This document shows, one piece after another, positions 59,699-64,000 of a DNA stretch of 64,000 nucleotides (position 1 is its first letter; every line of letters begins with the position of its first letter). The notes under the pieces are model-generated. The model was not told the DNA's origin. It did not search any database and worked only from the letters and a program-made list of their open reading frames with translations. The stretch lies in NCBI RefSeq assembly GCF_009914755.1, contig NC_060925.1. One strand, given 5' to 3'. The translations under genes were made by a program, and so were the position numbers. Source of the stretch: the human T2T-CHM13v2.0 reference genome, Homo sapiens.

Positions 59699-62600
59699 AC
59701 AGATTTGTGCAAAACCTCCTAATATACTAAGGGGGCAAACCAATTGCACCCTGAAACCACAGATCTCTGTCTCATCATCGTGTCTCCTTTCATTATAAAA
59801 TTACACAGTATACACCACTAATTACACAAATCATCATCTGTTGGAAAAAGCAAACACAGCAATCATGGTTTAATAGAAATTAAAATAGTTTACTCTCATC
59901 AAATGATTACCTTGCCATCCAAGGCAAAAATGACAACTTCTGGCATGAACCCAGCCCCTATTTACAGCTGACTCCTGAATTGATGGTGGTTGTCTTTTAA
60001 TACGAATTATTTGTATACAGAATAAGGATTTCATCCAACATAAACTATCCAACTGGGAAGGCTTAAAACTGGAATCTTTCTACACAATTAACCAGCCAAG
60101 GGGACATGCATAGAAATAAGATGTTGGAAACATTTACCCTGGGCTGCTGGGGGCAGAGTGGGCTGCCAGGCAGTCAGTGGTGAAGCCGTCCAGGCCACTG
60201 CCCCCAGCTTGGGGACAATTAAATGATCCTTCCCTTTGCCATTAGCCACAGACTCAGCTGCTGAGGGCTTAAATGTTCATGAGAAGATTTGCGCGGATCC
60301 ACATGGCACCTTTGCAGGACATCTCTCTGAAGGGTGCTTGTGAACCTGTGCTTGGTATTTTTTTTTTTTCACTAATTCCGGGCCTCTCCCTCTTCTGCCT
60401 CTGAGGTTCCTTGTTAGAAGGAGTGGGAGCCACGCAGTGGGTGCCAGGAGAGAAAGCCTGTACCAACCCATGGAACCCACTTTGCTCACTAGGCTGGGAC
60501 CCCAGGGGACCCAGCAGGAGCAACAGGGCAGCGGTAGCCCGTGACTTTGATGTTTGCCTGTCTTCACTCGCTGTCTTTGTTCTTAATGGAAGCTGCTTCT
60601 CTCACTTCTCTTGTGGTTTTTAGAAAGACCTTGAAGCAAAGATCAGAAGAGCTGGTTCCTGGTAAACCATTAACTGGGCATTTATTATGTGAGCAGGTTG
60701 TTGCTGAGTCAGGCCAGCCTTCCTGAGAGGCATGTGAGGCAGTGTTTGGGGTTTGCTGGGTTAATATTCTGGCTCTCTGTCTCTGAGCCTGTCTTCTCAT
60801 CTGTGATGGAGAGGAATAATAGCTCTCTGGGAGGCCAGGGTCCCGCAGGGAGCAGGCTCCATTGCAAGGCTCAGATGCAGGGGCCTTTGCTGAGCTGTTG
60901 ACAAGTTACAGGAGCCAAGAGCTCAGGGAACCCAGAGACCACGCAGGATGGGCAGTGGGTAGCACACTAGAGGCTGATGGGGTGCGGGGAGGAGAAAGCA
61001 CTCCTGGCATCCCGGACTGAAGGTGCCCTGCAGAAGGGACAGAGCAGCTGCCGAGAAGCCACACCCAGGCAGAGACAGAGAGGGTCAGAAAGAACTGATC
61101 TCTCTTTCTTCCACTTACCGTGGCCTCCTGGTGCCTCTCGCTGGCCAGAGGTGCAGGAGCCTGGGTGATGTGGTCTCAGGGGTCAGCCTGCAGGACACAG
61201 GGAGGTCAGAGGACAAACCTGGGGGCAACATGAACAAGCAACCCCATCTCAGGCAAGGTGACCACAGTGACCAAATGGAGTGAAGTGCCAATCACAGAGG
61301 ATGTCTTAATCAAGGTGAGCTGTGTAGCCTCAATGTTCCTTGCAGGAGTTAGGGACACCACCTTACTGCCCCACCTCTCAACTGTAAACAGGAAAGAAAG
61401 TCTCCTCCAATGCTGCTTTTGACTCAGCGAGCCATGGGAGGCGAGGGTGGAAGGGAAGTCTGTGGTGAAGAATTTGTAGGTGCAGAATATCTCGTCTCCT
61501 GTGTCGGGAAGTTCTGCTGCTGGTGTTCCCCATTCCACTCCACGCCTTCTCTCCTGGCAGCGCAGCCACCTTCCGCTCCTAACTGAAAATGAGGACGACA
61601 TTTGCAAATATCAGGGGGAGGCCTGTGCAGGCCAGAGCTTGCTTGATAGTGGGCCTCAGGTGACATGGCTTCGACGTATTTGCCTACCACCCCTTCATCC
61701 CAAGAGACCCGTCTCAGGCCTGAGTCTTGGGTGATCTGTCCCACTGGCTCAGGCAGCGGCAGTTTCGATGAAAGGGAGTGCAAGCCAGCCTCCAGGAGCT
61801 GAAGTTCCAGCTCATCAAATGCCTTGGGAGACCAGATTTGTCCCAGGGGCCTTCTGCAGGCGGTAGGGCCTGCTGGACACTCATAAATGCTGTAGAGTGT
61901 CAAGCGGCTAATTGGGAGTGAATGTCTCAATTCATCAAGTCACGTTTGGTGCCTGTGCACATGGCTGGGGATAGAAGAAATGGATATCTAAAACCCTGCT
62001 GCAGTCCATAAGGGGCTCTCCATCTTCATGGGTGGCAAGGCCAGGCGACATGGCCAGTGCCCAGTGGACAGAGAGCTCCCAGTGGTCAGGGAGAGGAGAG
62101 GCAGCCAGGGCCCGGCTGCTGGGGTGCGGGAGCTCCTGGAGAGGTGAGGATATTTCTAGAGGATATTAAACAAACAAGACCTGGGAGCTGTCTCCAAGGC
62201 TGAGAGAATGTTCCAGCAACTCACCCGTGGAGGGTCCCACATGTGCAGTCCCGTGCCCTCCCCACAGGGACACAGAACCAGCCGTGCGGCCAACATGCCG
62301 CGCCACACTCTCCTGATGAGGTCTCTTCATCTTTCAACCCATCCCAGAGATTGCAGCTCTCTTTTCTCAAGCCTGTGTTTATTTTTTGTGCTTCTCTTTC
62401 CTCAAGAACAGGATTTAAAAACTGAATTAATGTAGCAAAATTCCATCACAAAAGCTTTGAAGCAACAATTTTCCAAACGCCACACTGAGAAGGGCAAGAG
62501 GAACCGGCGCGGCCCCACTGGCGGCTTTATTATCCAGCTGATCGCTTGCTAAGTGAATCTCCACTGCATTTTTCTACCCGGGACACCCAGCTGACAGCAG

Positions 62601-62769
62601 CTTTCTACCTCTGTCTTTGAAGCTTAATTTACAAAGTGCCATCTGACATAGCTAAGATTTGGCTTTCTCTTTTTAATTCCCTTCCCTCTGGTTTTTCAAA
62701 AAAAGTGGGGGAAAGACTTAAAAGAAAAGCTGCACAGGCAAAACTAATGAATAAATAAAGAGCCAGGAC

Positions 62770-62982
62770 GAACACATGGACACAGGAAGGGGAACATCAC
62801 ACACCGGGGCCTGTTGTGGGGTTGGGGGGAGGGGGAAGGGATAGCATTAGGAGATATACCTAATGTTAAATGACGAGTTAATGGGTGCAGCACACCAACA
62901 TGGCACATGTATACATATGTAACAAACCTGCACGTTGTGCACGTGTACCCTAAAACTTAAAGTATAACAACAACAACAACAA
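62770..62982 (+). mobile_element. Short 5'-truncated L1PA 3' end with (CAA)n tail
   Basis: gaacacatggacacaggaagggg...ccctaaaacttaaagtataa, with perfect TSD aaagagccaggac at 62757-62769 and 62983-62995. Confidence 0.93.
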
Positions 62983-64000
62983 AAAGAGCCAGGACAGCGG
63001 CCCCAGGTCTGGGCTTCATCATACATAAACAAAGGGGTTTCGGCGGAGGAGCCTCAAATCTTTCCTGCTTCCTTTGTCCTGGGGTTCGGGGTGATTTGCT
63101 CAGTCATGGCTGCACCTGAGCTCTGTTAGACGTTTTCTTCAATTAAGTGTTCGTTTTAGGATGAAAAGAGCCGCAGCTCTGTCAGTTACGCCTCCATATT
63201 GATCGTGTAGAAATTGGCTGTGGGTTCAGCCATTTGGCGTTTGATTCATTATTTTCAATCAAGCAGCTTGTGTGTCAGGCTATTAAGGTAGCCACAGTCT
63301 CCAGGGCCTATGCATGATCCAGTTATTTCCATTATTGAGACACAACCCAAATTAACTGAACCATAAATGTTTTCTTTTAGTGGGCAGCTGGGGAAGAATG
63401 CATGGAAATCTATCAAGAGTTTCATTTTCCATGGAAATGTAACATAGTAAATGGAAACCTCTTAGTCCTCGGAGAGAAGCCCATGGACCTAGCACTGGGG
63501 TCTTTGAGGGGACCCCAGCCCAGCTTTTCAGTGTCTCAGGAAGGGGTGATTTTGAGAAGCTGATATGTGTAATGCAACAGAAAAATACTGCTACTCGTGT
63601 GCTGGGTGAGCTGAGCATTTCCAGGCGCAAAACAAGTGTGCAGCCTCATTCAGAGACACGTATCACTTAGGGCTCTTTTTTAGGGAGGTTATAGAAAGCC
63701 CAGCTCCCGATGTCATCTGGCTTAAGGAAAAAGGCAGTTCCTTGCCTCACAGGGCAAAACAGCCCCGGGAGAGCCCTAGCATCAGGTGTGGTTTGATCAG
63801 GGCTCGCCGTCACGCGGTGCCTTGGTTCTCCATCTCTATTCTTGGTGTTGGCGCTGTTTTCAGGCAGCCCTCCCTGTGCTGACAACTTGGCTGCCGGCAG
63901 CTCTCAGCCTGCATCTTTTCCATCTTGAATCCGTAAGAACAAAATAAAACAGTTTCTTCCAGTAGCTCCTGCAGAAAGCTAGAAGAGACTTCTTCCCAGG

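Overview
This is primate (almost certainly human) repeat-rich non-coding genomic DNA, intergenic or intronic. I see no intact protein-coding gene, tRNA, rRNA or CRISPR array. Most of the window is transposon-derived. There are 16 Alus, including a 5'-truncated AluYb element (a largely human-specific lineage), plus a FAM monomer. L1 content is a 2.8-kb 5'-truncated L1PA with frameshifted ORF2, a short L1PA 3' end, an L1PB 3' end and long decayed L1M tracts. LTR elements are dense: MLT1, MST, THE1, three MLT2A, MER4A, MER61 and LOR1, including a two-LTR MLT1A provirus with intact TSDs, a THE1 with an inverted LTR and a degenerate ERV-L pol fossil. There are also DNA-transposon fossils and several minisatellites and microsatellites. 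A few repeat-free, motif-rich islands look like candidate enhancers. Family names come from recalled consensus sequences and need RepeatMasker/Dfam confirmation. I cannot support a new biological system. The best second-look items are a probable L1 3' transduction tag, the young AluYb insertion, the head-to-head THE1, a 57-bp templated copy captured inside a microsatellite, an LTR inserted into a minisatellite and a possibly retroposed ERV LTR transcript.
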